This document shows positions 46,099 to 57,406 of a stretch of DNA of 64,000 bases, one piece after another. The notes under the pieces were generated by a model. That model made no database searches and was not told where the DNA came from. It worked only from the letters and a program-made list of their open reading frames with translations. The stretch is taken from positions 1,302,001 through 1,366,000 of the forward strand of contig NC_079240.1 of assembly GCF_027921745.1 (NCBI RefSeq), written 5' to 3'. Both the position numbers and the translations under genes were made by a program. Each line of letters begins with the position of its first letter. Position 1 is the first letter of the stretch. The stretch is from Schizosaccharomyces osmophilus. Lineage: Eukaryota.

Positions 46099-47064
46099 TT
46101 ACACCTCCTCGATATGCATCTCATTTTGTTTTGCTAAGGATTGCATAGTGCTGCCTGGCCCGCATGGATAGCATCGAGTAATTCCATATTCAGACTTTAG
46201 CCGAGACAAACTCTGCCAAAAAAGAACGGGTTTTACACATTGAAGAAGAAGTATTTCTCGTATTTTTGATGCTTCAATTGGATACAAGTCAGCTGTAACG
46301 TTGGACACAATTGGCAATCGAAGCTCACCGCTAGAGGATCGAAAGCAAGTATCCCTTGTGAGGAATTCAGTCTTTAGGAGAGCTTCCTCCAATTGTTGCA
46401 ATGCAGGAGACATATAACGGGAATGAAATGCACCTGCAACGTCTAACCAATTTACTCGGACTCGACCAAGGTTCACGGTTTTTGACTGTATGGAAGCGGC
46501 AAGAATTGCAAGCTCTTCATATTTCCCGGAAAGCACAGTTTGTCTAGAAGAATTATTATTGGCAATGTCTATGAAGGAAAAAGGCTCTTTTGCTTTTATT
46601 ATGTCGTCCTGAAATTTAGTTGCATATGTTGGTCGATTAAACAAAGTTAATGCGAGCATAGAAGTTTTTTCTTGAGTAAGTCGACAAGCTTCATCCATTG
46701 CTTTTGCCCTAGCCATAACTAGTTTCAGAGCTGAGGGAAAAGATAGCGCTCGACTTGCAACTAGCGCCGAATATTCCCCTAAAGAGTGCCCTACAAAGAG
46801 CGCAGAGCTTCCAGTTCGTTTAAGGAATGCACGAAAAAGTCCTACTGAGCAGGCTAGGATAGCAGGCTGAACTATCATGGTACTCAATTTTGGCAAATCA
46901 TGATCCACCTTTGCGTCCAGTATATATTTTTTTAATGGGATTTTAGTAACTTGTTCAGCTTCGACCAAAGTCTTTTCGACAATTTTATTAGAAAGGTGCG
47001 ACTGCATGGATCTTCGCCATTCAACACCCTGACCTGGAAACAAAACTGCTTTCATCTTGTCCAT
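46099..47064 (-). CDS. mct1: Malonyl-CoA:ACP transacylase, mitochondrial
   Basis: LFPGQG, GHSLGEYSAL and AGAFHS motifs. Start at 47064 or 47055. Confidence 0.92.
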   Translation of the reverse strand: MDKMKAVLFPGQGVEWRRSMQSHLSNKIVEKTLVEAEQVTKIPLKKYILDAKVDHDLPKLSTMIVQPAILACSVGLFRAFLKRTGSSALFVGHSLGEYSALVASRALSFPSALKLVMARAKAMDEACRLTQEKTSMLALTLFNRPTYATKFQDDIIKAKEPFSFIDIANNNSSRQTVLSGKYEELAILAASIQSKTVNLGRVRVNWLDVAGAFHSRYMSPALQQLEEALLKTEFLTRDTCFRSSSGELRLPIVSNVTADLYPIEASKIREILLLQCVKPVLFWQSLSRLKSEYGITRCYPCGPGSTMQSLAKQNEMHIEEV

Positions 47065-47674
47065 CTGATCATGCCAATGAGATACACCTTTGAGCTTGAA
47101 TTCTTTATAAATGGTCAAAACTCTGCATAAAGCAGTAACGAACTCGTTCCTAAAAGCAGAGAATCCACTAGTGAGCAAAGCAAACCGATTCAGTGAAGCC
47201 ACCAGCCGTCGAAGAATAGGTGGATACCAATGATTGTAAAGATATATCAAATCCGTGAAGACTGTTGAAAGAGTTGGTAATTGTTATTTCCTTCCATATG
47301 TACGTGGTGATTGTTGCTTTATGTAAGTCGTATGAACGTATTATTTATTAACGCTACTTATGTACTCTACCCAAAATTGGTTTAAAGAGATAAATCTCTA
47401 CTTGATTCGTATTGTGTTTCAAGGAACCTTTCGATAATTCAGTGATAGTAAAGCGTTCTGCTTTTCGTTGGTCCACTTTACTCAATAAATAAACAAACGC
47501 AAGTAAATATACAAAGGTAATTTACAGCTTTATAAGCGAATTTAAGATTACAGAAGAATGTGTAGAAAAACTTATTTCATTACTTAACTCATTAAACATC
47601 GTATGAAAACAAAAACACAATCATTAACATTGCCAACTGGAGGTCTTTTTTTCCTTGTAAAATCATAACCCAAA

Positions 47675-49033
47675 CTAGTAAATTTTTGAGGCTTTTTGTC
47701 CATTTCCAACAAGGACAGGTTTGAGAAGAGCATTCCTTTTATACTCAAAAACTTTTTTATACTTTTCAATAATTTCTTTATTGGAATTGATCGCTAATTC
47801 AAAATTCGTCTTGGGATAGCTTCTCATAACAAATGGGTCATCGCCTCTTGCTTTTTCTTCGTAACTTTCGTATAGTGGTTTTCCTGTTCGATAGCAATGG
47901 TAAATCTCGTATTCTCTGTGAAATGTTTGACAATCTTGGAGGTCCATAAACAAACGCCCTTGAAATTCTAAAAATTGATGTATACTATGGATCTCTTTAT
48001 ATAACACAGAGTCCACTTTTCTCATACAGAAAACATTATCAGGTATGATGCTTGGGTACAAAACTTTCTTTGCGCCCAGATATCCATGTATCGGTAATGC
48101 ACAAGCATTTCGTCCTATGCTCAACATCATACATAGCCAACCCAGGTCAGAGCTCGAGGTTGCAAACTGCGCCAAAGTCAAATACTTTGACCTTCTTTGA
48201 AATAGTTTCTTTGCATCCATAGTATGTCTTAGTTGAATTATAGCTTGAAAATTTTTGATGCAGACAATCAACCAATTCAAAGAATCCGGAGGAACATACA
48301 TATCGGCAGGATCTATAAAGTACATGCGAATGTCTCCTAACTTTTGATAACATGCTCTCGCTTGAAGTAAACTTGCACGATTTAAACGCACTTGATGCAT
48401 TACATGACATTGCGTGGCCGACCATAGCACATCTTGAAATTCCTCAGGATAGTAATCATAAAGCATCACATGGTGTACGAGAACCGATAAAGGAGCTTTT
48501 CCTTGCCTAAAATAATCAAATAGCTTCCTGTATATCTTGGAAGAGTAATTCATTGCCAATAAAATATTACTGCGTGCTCGTTTTGTGCAAAGACCATGTT
48601 TGTAAACCTGCGCATCTTCAAACATATCATTACAGGAATCTGAAGCACCTAACTTTAAATAGGTAGAGTTTTTGTAATTGAACACAATGGATGATAAGCC
48701 ATGACTAAAAGAGTTGAATAGGAGATTAGAACTTACAACATCTGTAGGCTCCTCATATCTTTTCCTCATTGCTTCAGTAATGGAAGATAGGTATTTCAAC
48801 GGATAAAATCGGTCGACAGCGTGAATCTCAACGTTTATGTTTTCGACCGGCTGATCAGGAAATTCTGGATCCTGGATTTTTTTTGAATTCTTAACAGTGG
48901 CAACCTTCCATAATTGCTGAAGGAACTGCTTAATTGGTGAACTAGTCAAAGATGAATGAGTAGAAGAAGCAACGTCTGAGTAAGAAAAAAGGTTTTGAGA
49001 AAGAATTTTGTTTTCATACAGGTTGCCCAACAT
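47675..49033 (-). CDS. mug132: Schizosaccharomyces-specific UPF0300 family meiotic protein (mug132-like)
   Basis: 452-aa ORF following mct1, as I recall in S. pombe. FLEX motifs upstream. Confidence 0.7.
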   Translation of the reverse strand: MLGNLYENKILSQNLFSYSDVASSTHSSLTSSPIKQFLQQLWKVATVKNSKKIQDPEFPDQPVENINVEIHAVDRFYPLKYLSSITEAMRKRYEEPTDVVSSNLLFNSFSHGLSSIVFNYKNSTYLKLGASDSCNDMFEDAQVYKHGLCTKRARSNILLAMNYSSKIYRKLFDYFRQGKAPLSVLVHHVMLYDYYPEEFQDVLWSATQCHVMHQVRLNRASLLQARACYQKLGDIRMYFIDPADMYVPPDSLNWLIVCIKNFQAIIQLRHTMDAKKLFQRRSKYLTLAQFATSSSDLGWLCMMLSIGRNACALPIHGYLGAKKVLYPSIIPDNVFCMRKVDSVLYKEIHSIHQFLEFQGRLFMDLQDCQTFHREYEIYHCYRTGKPLYESYEEKARGDDPFVMRSYPKTNFELAINSNKEIIEKYKKVFEYKRNALLKPVLVGNGQKASKIY

Positions 49034-49468
49034 TGTTAGGATTCAAAAAAACTTTCCTTAAAGGACAAAAGACAATTTCAAAAAAGTAAGAATTTAAGGA
49101 ACAATGTGCAATAGTTGTGATAATATTAATTCAATCACACTTCCTGAATAAAATGCCAATACACACAATTGAGGCAACCGAAAGAAAGCAGTACACTTTC
49201 CAAGCTTTCAAAAAAGGCAAGTTGCAATAGTAGAAGTAGCAGTTACTTAAGAATAAAAATAGTCAAAAAACAAAACAATTATAATCTTAAATCAGTTCAC
49301 TGTCGACAGGTTCTTTGGTACAGAAATTTATAAACACAAAATGGGATTCCTTTACACAATTCCTAATAGTGAATGGAAAAGGGAGAACGCAATTAAGAAG
49401 GAAGTCTGTATATATGTATAAATCAAAACAAAAACAATAGATGGCCATTGTCATCAGAATGTCACAAT

Positions 49469-49528
49469 GTAAACAAACAATTGGGCTAGCCAGGGCGGCG
49501 TGCTTAAAGAATTAAAAAGTAAACAAAC
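49469..49528. promoter_or_regulatory. Two FLEX (Mei4 forkhead) elements
   Basis: GTAAACAAACA at 49469-49479 and GTAAACAAAC at 49519-49528. Confidence 0.7.
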
Positions 49529-50022
49529 CAATTAATAGAGGGAATTGTTTATGATCTCTACTGACGCTGATATCTTTCCACAAGCGTTGAACCGGTTCCT
49601 CGAGATTTGAAACCCATGATTCGTAACTAAAGGTTTAGGACTTTCAAGCAAGAGCAATCTCACGTAAAAGAGTTCGTTCTTCCTATTATAGACAAAAGAA
49701 CATAATTGGCAAGGGATAGCATCTGTTCATTATAGGCAAACAAAAACGCCCATTGAGGTCACCATATTTCTATAACCCTGCCATTATTCAAAAAGACTAA
49801 TTTTGAAACTCTTATGTGGAAACATAAAACTCTTGATGTTCAGAACTAGGTGCATTATTGTAGAAAAAGTAATGGGTTCCAAAGTACAGTTTTTTGAAGC
49901 TTCAGTTTTTGTAATGAAATAACATTACACTTTAAAGAATTCCTGGCATAAGTAAATTTTAGTTCTATTGAGAATTTGGAACCCACTTACTACCAAAGAC
50001 TCTTCAACATTACTAAAACATT

Positions 50023-51668
50023 ATGGAAGAAGAGTTGCGATTAGATCCAGTTAATATGAGCCCTTTCTCAAAAGTTGTTGACAAAGGTCTTTTTAATAAG
50101 TCTTTTAATCTCGTAGCTGCTCGGGTTCTTCCTCAAAAAGTGGGTATTTTGAACAAAATTTGTCGCAAGTACGTTGGATGGTCTCTCAAAGAAAACGCTA
50201 ATTAACGACTCAAGAGATTTGTTGGAGCTACCGCGAGTAAAACATGTGTACCAGGATCAAGACCATAAACTGGTACTCTTAAATCAAAAAGCTACATTAG
50301 ATGGTATGCACTATGTAGTAGGATAAATGAACAAGAGTGTGCTAATAATTGGATAGGGACTGAGGGGCTTTCGGAAACAACCAAGTCATTCATTAATGAA
50401 AACAATGTTAAATTAGTTCCGTTTAAGCTTAACGTAGATTATGACTACTGGAGAGCTGGTATGTGAGCGTTTTGCTCAGCTAGATTATGGCCGGTTTTTA
50501 GATTATTGCTAACTCAGAAAAGAGGACATTTTAGATGCTATTCTTCCTCCTGGTCAAAAAGAGGAGCATCCTTCTGGATTTACTGCTGTAGGTCATATTG
50601 CTCATATGAACTTACGAGAAGAATGGCTTCCGTATAAGCACCTCATAGGTCAAGTCATCCTTGATAAAAATCCTTCTATTAAGACAGTTGTGAACAAAAC
50701 AGACAGTATTGACACTAAGTTCAGAACGTTCCAAATGGAAGTTCTAGCCGGAGACCCAGATTTCATGGTGGTTCAGGTATGTCGTTCATTCAAAATTTTT
50801 CTAACTAGTAAAGTCTGAATCCAACTGCAAATTTCGATTTGACTTTTCCAAGGTGTATTGGAATTCTCGCCTTAGCACCGAACACGATCGCTTGGTAAGC
50901 CAATTCCAAGAAGGCGAAGCGGTTTGTGATATTATGGCCGGCGTTGGTCCCTTCGCATGCCCTGCAGGTAAAAAGCGGGTTATCGTTTTTGCGAATGATC
51001 TAAATCCTTCAAGCTACGAAAGTTTGGCTGAAAATGTTCAGATCAATAAGGTAGGCAAAGCTTTATACAGATAATCACTAACATATATAAGGTCGGAGAC
51101 TTTGTAAAAGCATATAACCAAGATGGTCGCGAATTTATCCGTTCGGCTACTGAAGAATTGTTGGAATTTTCAGAGCAAGAAACCATAGAACTCCCTCCCC
51201 CAAAAAAGCTTGCAAAAGGAAACACAATGGATACTCCTTCTTCTTCTTCTTCCAAACGTGACATTCGTATCCCACCAGTATTTTCTCACTATGTCATGAA
51301 CCTTCCTGGCTCTGCTTTAGAATTTTTGGATGCCTTTAATGGATGTTATGAAGGAAAAGAGCACTTATTTGAAAACCGTTCACTCCCAAAAGTCCATGTT
51401 CATTGCTTTTCGAGATACGATCCTCCGGTCGAAGACATACTAAACGTAAGTAGAACTCTGCATATCGAAATTAACAATACAGCGAATTGAGGCATCCATG
51501 AGATATCGATTGCAACCCGAAGAATTAAGTTTGCATTATGTTCGTAAAGTAGCTCCAAAGAAGGTAAGTCCAATTCTGGCGATTGCTGCTTAGACATCTA
51601 ACAATTGAAAGGATATGTATTGCTGCACTTTCACTTTACCAAAGTCTGTTATTTTTGGAAAAAAATAA
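50023..51668 (+). CDS. trm5: tRNA (guanine-37-N1)-methyltransferase Trm5 (8 exons)
   Basis: [50 protein letters not shown] and [15 protein letters not shown] across seven short introns. Confidence 0.93.
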
Positions 51669-51975
51669 AAAATAAAGGGCCTTTTCAAACCCCAAAATAA
51701 AGAACAATCATATGTGTTAGGGTAAATACATTGATATAAAATGCTACATATTTGGTTATTTTTGTTTTTATACAAAAAAATTATTAAAACGTAACATTTC
51801 TAAATAAAGATAACGTAAATCAAGCCCTTTAAACATCCATCACACTGTCTAGTAAGATTATACAATAATTTCCAATTGTTAATTAGCAAAAATCGTGTAC
51901 CGTCACTCGGAAAAAAAAAATTATACACCAAAAAACAAAAAAGAAGTAAAATAAAATAAGAAATTGACTGTTAAT

Positions 51976-54900
51976 TCATCGGTTGCAGAGTCGGGCTATA
52001 TAACCTCGAAGAAGATAACTGTTTATAGGAAGATATAAACGGCCATCGAACAAACGTGGGACCGCCGCATTGATATCAATCCTGGAAGGCAGTAAGGCTA
52101 TTGCCGGTGTGTTTCTGTTAGGGCAACTGCTCGACCTAACAATCTTCAAAATCGAGATTCCTGATATCCGAATTAAGTCAAGTTGTAAAAAGATCAGAGA
52201 AAACTTTTCATCAGACATCAATACTCTCAAGATTTTATCTTCGTCATCTACAACTGTGACTTGAAACTTGTATGACTTCAAACGACTTATAAGTTCAGAA
52301 AACGAGCTTACTTTGTCTACACAGACGACCACTTTCAGTGGAGCAATAGGAGTTAGCGTTGTAGGAGAATTTACTGAAGGAGAAGAAATTGGGGATGACT
52401 GAATTTCATCAGACTTTAGCGTCGTCAATTGATCAGTTGAAAGATTATTGGTTTGTATAAGGTCAAGGGTGTAAAATTCATCGCTTTCCGAAGAAGCAAT
52501 TGACGCATTTGTAACACTATGCTTGCGTAAATGTAACTGTTTGACAAAGTCAGTTGCATTAGGCTTGGCAGATTCTACTTTAGTTTTGAGATCGTATTCG
52601 CCGCTGACACCCGATGCTTTTCGAGGCGTAGATTCCTGAGAGGAAAAAACAGATGAGAAGCTTGGTATGCCTGGACTATATGGTTGTTGATTATCAAAAC
52701 CCTTTGCAGAAGAAACTTCGCTATTTTGAGCAGAAGACGGAGCAGGAGGTGTTATGTGGAGCTTGGATTTCAAATCGGATCTAATCTTGTCAATAGCATT
52801 TTTATTCGCTCGATCCAGCACACTCAAGTTTTTGTAAGAAAACGATCCAAACTCGTCAAATTCATTCATGTTTTCACTTAATCGACGGTAGCGTCTACCA
52901 GAGAGACTTCGTTCGCGAAAATGCGACTGTCGGTTCAAAGATGTTTGCATGCGACGACTGGACTCACCTGAGTTCATAGAATCCTCCTCTACTGCATCGT
53001 ATGGAGTAACATTTCCATCTGAATTAACTGCACCCCGATCATCGAAATATATGGTATCTAGGGGCGTCTCAAGGCTCGGAACAAACGGAGCGTCGTGACT
53101 TAATATATCGTTCCAATTTATTCCCTCAAAAAATGGGTGTTGCTTGATTTCATGAATTCCCTTGGCTCCAATTCGATCTTCAGGATTAAGTATCAAAAAT
53201 GATTTCATCAAATCAAGTGCTTCCGCAGAACAAGGATACATATCCAAGTCAGGCCAATTAACTCGGTTAGCAACTATATTATCAAATACCTCTTCAGGTG
53301 TATTAGAATGAAAAGGAGGATAGCCAAATAAGAACTCAAAAGATACACAACCTAAAGCCCACCAGTCGACCATATCATCTTGATTACTGCCTTGGATCGT
53401 TTCAGGAGCCAAATAATCTGGAGTCCCAACAAATTTTCTAGGGGCATCAGACATTTTAAAAAAAGGAACAGACTGGTTAGAAAAAGCGCGCGAGCGCTTT
53501 TGAGATTCGAACTCTGACCCTGATTCACCATTTTTGTTAGTAGATTCACTGCTCGAGCTTTCAAACCCTTCATTTTCTGACTTGTACGAAAAAAGAAAAG
53601 ATTCGTTTCTTTTCTTTCTGGGTGAGTCTCTGATAAGGCTGTTAAATCCAACATTGGCAGGTAAAATTGAAGGAGAACTTGTAAGTGGTTCATTAGAATC
53701 TGTATAATATGTCAACGACTGATAACTAGGAGGTGATAGGCTGGATTTTGCTTTTTGTAATCGGAATTGTCTTGTACTGAGACCCATTTGACTGAGTCCA
53801 AAGTCAGCAAGTTTCAAGTGACCATTATAACTCATCAATATGTTTTCAGGCTTAATGTCTCTATGGATAATTCCGAGCTTGTGCAAGTGCTCTAAACCTA
53901 GTACCACTTCTGCTAAATAAATCTTTACCCAAGACTCGGGTATAGCGTATAATGATTTCAACAAAGAAGCACAATCACCACCATTCATGTATTCCATTAC
54001 AAGGTAAAGGTAATCTTTACTCTGAAAGGCGTAGTAGAGTTTAGCAATAAACGGAGATTCCTCCTGCGCCATTAAAATAGCCTTTTCAGCCTTGACGTTG
54101 GCAACTTGGTTTTTCATTATCATATCCGCCTTGCGTAAGACCTTAATGGCGTAGAGCTCACCTACAGACTTCTTTTTTGAAAGGTAAACCGTACCGAAAG
54201 TTCCTCGACTGATGGGCTTGATAATTTCATAATCTCGAATAGAAGGATTTCCCTTCGAAGTAGAGTTGGAAGAAGCGATAGTAGAGATGCCTACTTGTTT
54301 GCTTAGAGGCTGACCAAGGGAATCGATATTTTTTGACAAAGAACTTCGCTCTAAAGATAAAGAAGGTTTCAGCTTTGGCGAAGAATCAGAGGTGTAGGAC
54401 CCGACACCGTAAATTGCATTCATAGTACTGACAGATTTTCTACGAGAGGAGATAGGAATACTCGTAATTGAATTATTCGAAGGGGAATTACCGGAACCAA
54501 GGTTGGGGAAGTACTGACGAGCATTCTTACCTGACGAATGGATAGCTTTTTCGCCAGCCGGGGTGACTGACTCAAAATTTGTTCGAGACAGGGCCGGAAT
54601 TCTACTAGAGTTGGGACCCAGTGAATAAGAGGAGGCTGAACTGTCAACAGAAAAAGGATGAAACGAAGGAGATGGAGATTCAGGTTGGTCTAACAAAGAG
54701 GGATCGAGGTCATCTTTGATCAGGGAAGAAGGCTGGATATCTTGATCTTGATCTTGAGCATACTGTTCAACGATGGATTGCACTTGGTCTTCAACTTCAC
54801 AACGTAAACGTTCTGCGTAGTACACGATATTCATTAAACGAGTATTCGCATCAAGCTTGGCTTGAACGAGAGCGTTACTGTCGTCAAAAAGCTTTTTGAG

Positions 54901-56057
54901 ACCAGGATCCTCAACTTGAGGCAAACACCATGATAAGGATTTTGCACTCAAAACCTCGCTGGCGGGAGAAAGGAGACGAATAGAGTTAAAAGGCATCTCT
55001 TGATGGTCATCTTCATTAGAGGGTAAGGAAGGAACGTGAATGGCGAGAGAACAGTCGATGAACCGAAGGGTTTCCAGGAGCATGCTGTAAAGGAAATGGC
55101 GGACTTTTTCGGATTTCTTATTTTGAGAACAGTGTGACTGTAAGAAACCCTGAAGAGAGGGAGGAAGGACGGTGGCCAATGCCATATCCGTATAATACAC
55201 GCTAGGATATTCTTGGTAGCCTGTGGAATCCAAAGTATCCAAAAGGGTTTGCAAAACGTTCCTTTGCTCATTTAGCATATCATTGGCTCTTTGCACGCGG
55301 GCTTCTGCATGATGGGTAAGCAAACAGTACTCGGAGTGCTGTTCAAAGAACCAATTCTGGATTTCACGGTCGCAAACGCGACAAAGGATCGTTTGGAAAG
55401 GTGGCGGGGGATTCGAAAAGGGGATTTCCTTGATTTTGTGAAGATGTTCAGCGAGTAAATGAGCACCAAAGCCAAGGAACTGAGTGAGTTGACGCCCGAT
55501 TTCTTGTTTGATTTCGGCAAAAAGTTTGATAGGCCTCAAAACCCATAAGGTATAAGAGGGAGCGTTCGTTTGTGAATCGCGAATGAGGATTCCAATGCAA
55601 TCAAGTTCAAGTGGTTGTTCTACGGGGGCTTCCATTTCTTCATCTTCGAAAAATATTTGCTCTTCGGCCTGGGTTATTGGAGACAGGGTTAAAGAGATAC
55701 GAACGCTCTTGGAGTCATCGTCAAGTAGTTGCTGGGTAGCCCAGTTGAATTTATCGTCATCTTGCAGTAAACTTTGGACACTTTTTCCAAATAAAGTCAA
55801 ACCAGGGATTCTAGATGAGAGAATTATGTTAGCATTCATTTTTCACCAACCCGCCGTTACCACACTTGTCCGTCCGACGGCAAACGCTGGCACTTGCCAT
55901 TGCCAGCGTTTTTTTCATTCTCTCCAACTTACCCAACCAGCTCAGTAAAGTTATTCGTCCCATATAATATATTGCCTTCCAAGGACAATTCTAATACATA
56001 AACATTCTCGATTCCGTGAGTCAATTCAATTGCTTGCTTTTGATCCGCCTCTTGCAT
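51976..56057 (-). CDS. ppk18: Greatwall/Rim15-family kinase Ppk18 (exons 56057-55933, 55810-51976; 1319 aa)
   Basis: PAS-like N-terminus, C2HC zinc finger (CRVC...HSEYC), split AGC kinase domain (ISRGTFG...DFGLS...insert...FVGTPDYLAPE), C-terminal receiver-like domain. 122-nt GTAAGT...CTAAC...TAG intron. Confidence 0.9.
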
Positions 56058-57406
56058 CGCCACGACCGAGACGATTCATATGGTACTTTCTACAATTCAA
56101 GCAGCAAGTAAATATAGCTATTTACCGTTCAATTCACTTTGAGTGTAATCCGTCAATCATATAACTTTATTAACACCACCACGGATACTCAATGACTCTT
56201 TTGGACAATTTCTTACCAACAAAATAACTTTTATCAACCGCTTTCCAATGTTGGTAGTGTATGGTTTTCCGGTCGTTGATTTCCTTGACAGATTGCATGA
56301 ATCATTCTCATCTATATTGCCCAGTTCAATCTCCAATCTTCACGTGCTGCTATTATTGATTTCGCAATTTGAAATTATTACACAGATGCTGATGGCAAAG
56401 GTTTATGATATTTTTCTGTGTTGTAGTGCAAACTCGTAATATTAGGAAAGCAAAGAAAGCAAGGAAAGAAACAAAAAGTAGTAGAAATCAAAATCATACA
56501 GAAATAGAAAACCCTTTTTTAAATTCGTTTTCTTCATTTTTTCCCTTTTTGCTTGTTTCTTTTTTCTTGGGTTCCTGTCTTGGGTTGTTCCTCATTAGGT
56601 ATCATTCATTTGAATGGTAGCGTTTAGAGTCACTCTCAGGATGGAGTTTCTTGCTTGCTTTGTTTTTGTTTGCTCCTTTTAATTAAAAGAAAGCATTAAA
56701 ATAGTAAATTTTTTTTTTTTTTTTTTTTGTGCCATTGACTATGGGTTTTCGTTTTGGCTTTTCATATGGCATACCATTGTAAGCCCTTCTTAAGGAAACT
56801 CGAAACGAAGAAAGAAAATTTCATTGGAAACCCTTTGAAACCTGTCCCTATTTCATGTATTGATTCCCCTCCTTCAATAGAGGTTTCTTTGTTTCCTTGC
56901 TTTGTTTGATGAAACAAAGGTCGCCTTCATCCCCTTTGTCTTACATGGTGAACCCCTCTCTCCGTTCATCAAAGAACCCTTTCTTTGATAAAGAAAAAGA
57001 CTATAAAAGAAACCGGAATGCTCCAGCTGGTTTGGTACGATGCGATGGCGACTCATACTTACTTCTTTGTCTTTGCTTCCAAACCCATTTCTACCATATG
57101 TATGTATAGTGAAGAAAAGCTAAAACTTTTAATATACACATTGAACAATAATTTTTAAAGATATCGAAGCAAAAAATATTATTTAAATAGCAATATTACA
57201 GAAAGAAATTTCAAAAAATAAAGAAACATTCATAGATGATCTAGTTTAAACATACATTTGTATGCACGCTTTAAGCATATAAAAGATATCCATGGTCTTT
57301 TTTTTTTCAAATACTAAACACATCTGAGTAATAAAAAAACAAAAGAAGAATATTAAAGAACCGTTTGATAAATACTTCCATCATTTAAAACGTTATCACC
57401 CAAAAT

